Shown piece by piece: positions 62,085 to 64,000 of a stretch of 64,000 nucleotides of DNA (the stretch's first letter is position 1; every line of letters starts with the position of its first letter). Source of the DNA: Peptococcaceae bacterium BRH_c4a (GTDB taxonomy: Bacteria > Bacillota > Desulfotomaculia > Desulfotomaculales > Desulfocucumaceae); NCBI GenBank assembly GCA_000961585.1, contig LADN01000053.1:438-64437 (forward strand), given 5' to 3'. The notes beneath the pieces were generated by a model that saw only the letters and a program-made list of their open reading frames with translations, was not told where the DNA came from and searched no databases. Position numbers and translations under genes: made by a program.

Positions 62085-62924
62085 TTAATGATTTTCCCCG
62101 GCCTGCTCCTGGTCCCGGGCATGATCAGCGGACGAAGTCCGGGTTGAGATGTATTTTCCGTGCCAATTGTGGTACCACACCTGTCCATTATAGCTGTTCA
62201 CGCTGAGCATACCCACGATCTGCCCGTCCCTGACGGTATGCAAAGTATAGTAGCCGTAAAACTGGTGGGGCTCTGCGGCGGTCTCTCCGGTGTTATACCC
62301 AGCCAGGTATCCATTGGCTATATTGACGGATTCTTCCGGCGAGACCGGCGGCCTTTCATCATTTGAATTTGAGTACCCCGGAGACATCATTCCCCCCATG
62401 TGCCTGTATTTTATATTCCACATCATGTTAGGCCCCCTCTCAGGGTATATTAAACCCGTGCCCTTGTCCACAATCAGCTCATGGCTGTACTTTCCGCCAT
62501 CCTCTTTAAGCTCCACGTAAAAATGATTTTCAAATTCCATCATTTCTGCCGGTGATATGCCTTCAATATTCAATTCTGTTATATAGCCGTTTATCAATTC
62601 CTTTGCCTTTACCTCGTCCACTGCCTGATAGGTCTGACTATCCACAATACCGTTTATGTTTGCTCCCATCATTCCGGCGCGAGATCCCATAGTTCCCGTT
62701 ACGGCTCCCGGTGATCCCATCATGGACGGCCCCATCATACCCTTGCTCCCGCTCATAGGCGTACCCCCAATCCCCGCTGCGATCCATTCCGTCATTCCAC
62801 TGCCCGGGATACCCGACATCGGGCTGAACCCCCACATATTACTTTTATCATAAGCGTATGAGAGTACAGGAACGGCCAAGAGAAGTCCTCCAGCTATTAA
62901 ACCTATCAGAAACTTTTTGTTCAT
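62085..62924 (-). CDS. Secreted Met/Gly-rich protein with a PepSY-like C-terminal region (unknown function)
   Basis: 279 aa. Signal anchor, then roughly 70 aa of M/G/S/P repeats (MSGIPGSGM...GMMGPSMMGSPG...GMMGANI), then beta-rich repeats (ELIVDKGTGLIYPE..., LSVNSYNGQVWYHNWHG). Confidence 0.4.
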   Translation of the reverse strand: MNKKFLIGLIAGGLLLAVPVLSYAYDKSNMWGFSPMSGIPGSGMTEWIAAGIGGTPMSGSKGMMGPSMMGSPGAVTGTMGSRAGMMGANINGIVDSQTYQAVDEVKAKELINGYITELNIEGISPAEMMEFENHFYVELKEDGGKYSHELIVDKGTGLIYPERGPNMMWNIKYRHMGGMMSPGYSNSNDERPPVSPEESVNIANGYLAGYNTGETAAEPHQFYGYYTLHTVRDGQIVGMLSVNSYNGQVWYHNWHGKYISTRTSSADHARDQEQAGENH

Positions 62925-63110
62925 TTGAATCTCTCCTCGTTTTTATTTATATGTTATCAGCCAGTTTTCACAAAAGTGGGACGAAATTTTAACATTTCTT
63001 ATACAAAATAAAAAACTCCCTGCCAAGATATCAGTTAATGACCTGCTGGGTAATGAAGTTAATTGCAAAACCAGCCGGTAAGTAATATTATTGGGAAAGG
63101 AGGTGGCATC

Positions 63111-63332
63111 GTGGCCAAGGTTGATATTGATAAATATCCAAAAGCAAGCCTGGATATAAATATTAGGTGGTGTAAGGGATGTAACCTGTGCGTAACCATT
63201 TGTCCCAAGGGAATTCTTTCCCTCGATGAACTGGGAAAGATAACCGTCGATAAGCCTGAAGAGTGTATCGGGTGCGGGCTGTGTGAAGGAACCTGCCCCG
63301 ATTTTGCAATAAAGGTGGTTAAAGATGCGTAA
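63111..63332 (+). CDS. 2-oxoacid:ferredoxin oxidoreductase delta subunit (2x[4Fe-4S] ferredoxin)
   Basis: 73 aa from GTG 63111 (AAGGAGG upstream). CKGCNLCVTICP and CIGCGLCEGTCP. It overlaps the start of the alpha subunit gene. Confidence 0.75.
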   Translation: MAKVDIDKYPKASLDINIRWCKGCNLCVTICPKGILSLDELGKITVDKPEECIGCGLCEGTCPDFAIKVVKDA

Positions 63333-64000
63333 ACCTGTGGAGGTTCGTCTCATGCAGGGCAACGAGGCCTGCGCCCAGGGGGCTGTCGATGCCGGGGTGC
63401 GCTTTTTTGCGGGCTACCCCATAACACCATCCACCGAGATAGCCGAGTGGATGGCCAGGCGCATGCCCACCCTGGGTGGTAAATTTATCCAGATGGAAGA
63501 TGAAATAGCCAGTATCGCCGCCATTATTGGCGCCTCACTGACCGGGGCCAAATCAATGACGGCCACCAGCGGCCCCGGCTTTTCACTGATGCAGGAAAAC
63601 ATAGGGTACGCCTGCATGACAGAAGTACCCTGCCTCATAGTCAACGTGCAGCGGGGAGGTCCCAGCACCGGTCGTCCCACAGCTCCCGCCCAGGGAGATG
63701 TGATGCAGGCCCGCTGGGGAACCCACGGGGACCATCCCGTCATTGCCCTCTGCCCCTGGTCGGTGCAGGAAACGTACTCCCTCACCGTAAAGGCGGTAAA
63801 CCTGGCGGAAAAGTTCCGTACTCCGGTGATACTGCTGATGGACGAGATCATCGCCCATTTGCGGGAAGACGTGAAAATGCCCGACCCCCGCAAGCTAATT
63901 CTGGAAGAAAGGCCCCGCCCGGAAGGCGGCCGGGAATCATACAGACCCTTCGGGGGCAGCGCCGGTCAGATACCCCCCATGGCTGATTTCGGCATGGGCT
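63325..64000 (+). CDS. korA: 2-oxoglutarate/2-oxoacid:ferredoxin oxidoreductase alpha subunit (5' part; continues beyond the window)
   Basis: My own translation from ATG 63325 is open to the window end. It reads MRKPVEVRLMQGNEACAQGAVDAGVRFFAGYPITPSTEIAEW...FIQMEDEIASIAAIIGASLTGAKSMTATSGPGFSLMQENIGYACMTEVPCLIVNVQRGGPSTG...MQARWGTHGDHPV. It is absent from the ORF track because no stop is reached. Confidence 0.85.
   Translation, partial: MRKPVEVRLMQGNEACAQGAVDAGVRFFAGYPITPSTEIAEWMARRMPTLGGKFIQMEDEIASIAAIIGASLTGAKSMTATSGPGFSLMQENIGYACMTEVPCLIVNVQRGGPSTGRPTAPAQGDVMQARWGTHGDHPVIALCPWSVQETYSLTVKAVNLAEKFRTPVILLMDEIIAHLREDVKMPDPRKLILEERPRPEGGRESYRPFGGSAGQIPPMADFGMG

Noticed and set aside
62943-63893. 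Minus-strand ORFs 62943-63362 (139 aa) and 63414-63893 (159 aa).
   Set aside because: They overlap the clearly recognisable + strand 2-oxoacid:ferredoxin oxidoreductase delta and alpha genes and have no motifs of their own.

Overview
This 64-kb chromosomal window looks like it comes from an anaerobic, spore-forming Firmicute of the Desulfotomaculum/Peptococcaceae type. That assignment is inferred only from gene content: SLH-anchored wall protein, CotJC-like protein, DsrMK/Hdr-like redox modules, and a clostridial-type nif cluster with nifI1/nifI2. No rRNA, tRNA, CRISPR array, transposase or integrase was recognised.

The window has four blocks:

1. 0.1-16.8 kb is an accessory locus, entirely on the minus strand. 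A Tad/Flp (type IVc) pilus module (flp, tadC, tadB, cpaF, tadZ, cpaB) is translationally coupled to a Gram-positive T4SS-like module. That module holds a VirB2-like protein, a PrgI/VirB3-like protein, a membrane-anchored protein, VirB4, a VirB6/TrbL-like protein and an M23 hydrolase. Upstream sit a multi-HTH regulator and a divergent pair of XRE regulators. No relaxase, coupling protein or prepilin peptidase is visible. This hybrid operon is my best candidate for an undescribed system.

2. 16.9-38.5 kb is mixed housekeeping and envelope genes. It contains an MBL hydrolase, PilZ, HD, an orphan P-II gene, an MFS/GPH transporter, a NarI/DsrM-like plus HdrD/DsrK-like pair, and an M24 peptidase. 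It also holds a metallophosphoesterase, CotJC-like protein, an SLH phosphodiester glycosidase, a GT2 synthase, a MurE-family ligase, TauE and PadR.

3. 38.5-51.8 kb is a co-directional nitrogen island: amtB-glnB, then nifH-nifI1-nifI2-nifD-nifK-nifE-nifN-nifB, an AnfO-like gene, and modABC.

4. 52-64 kb is redox and envelope genes. It contains a GltD/NfnB-like-MvhD fusion, a flavodiiron protein, a sulfite/nitrite-reductase-like Fe-S protein, a PAS histidine kinase and a polyferredoxin. It ends with a His-rich protein, TlpA, CcdA, a Met-rich protein and the start of a 2-oxoacid:ferredoxin oxidoreductase operon.

A second unusual signal is a dispersed mosaic family of intergenic repeats. These are short-period tandem tracts (7-, 8- and 11-mers), conserved linker blocks and about 180-nt hairpins. 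They lie between stop codons and intrinsic terminators, and bracket some single genes.

All functional calls come from reading motifs in the ORF translations. No database search was run.
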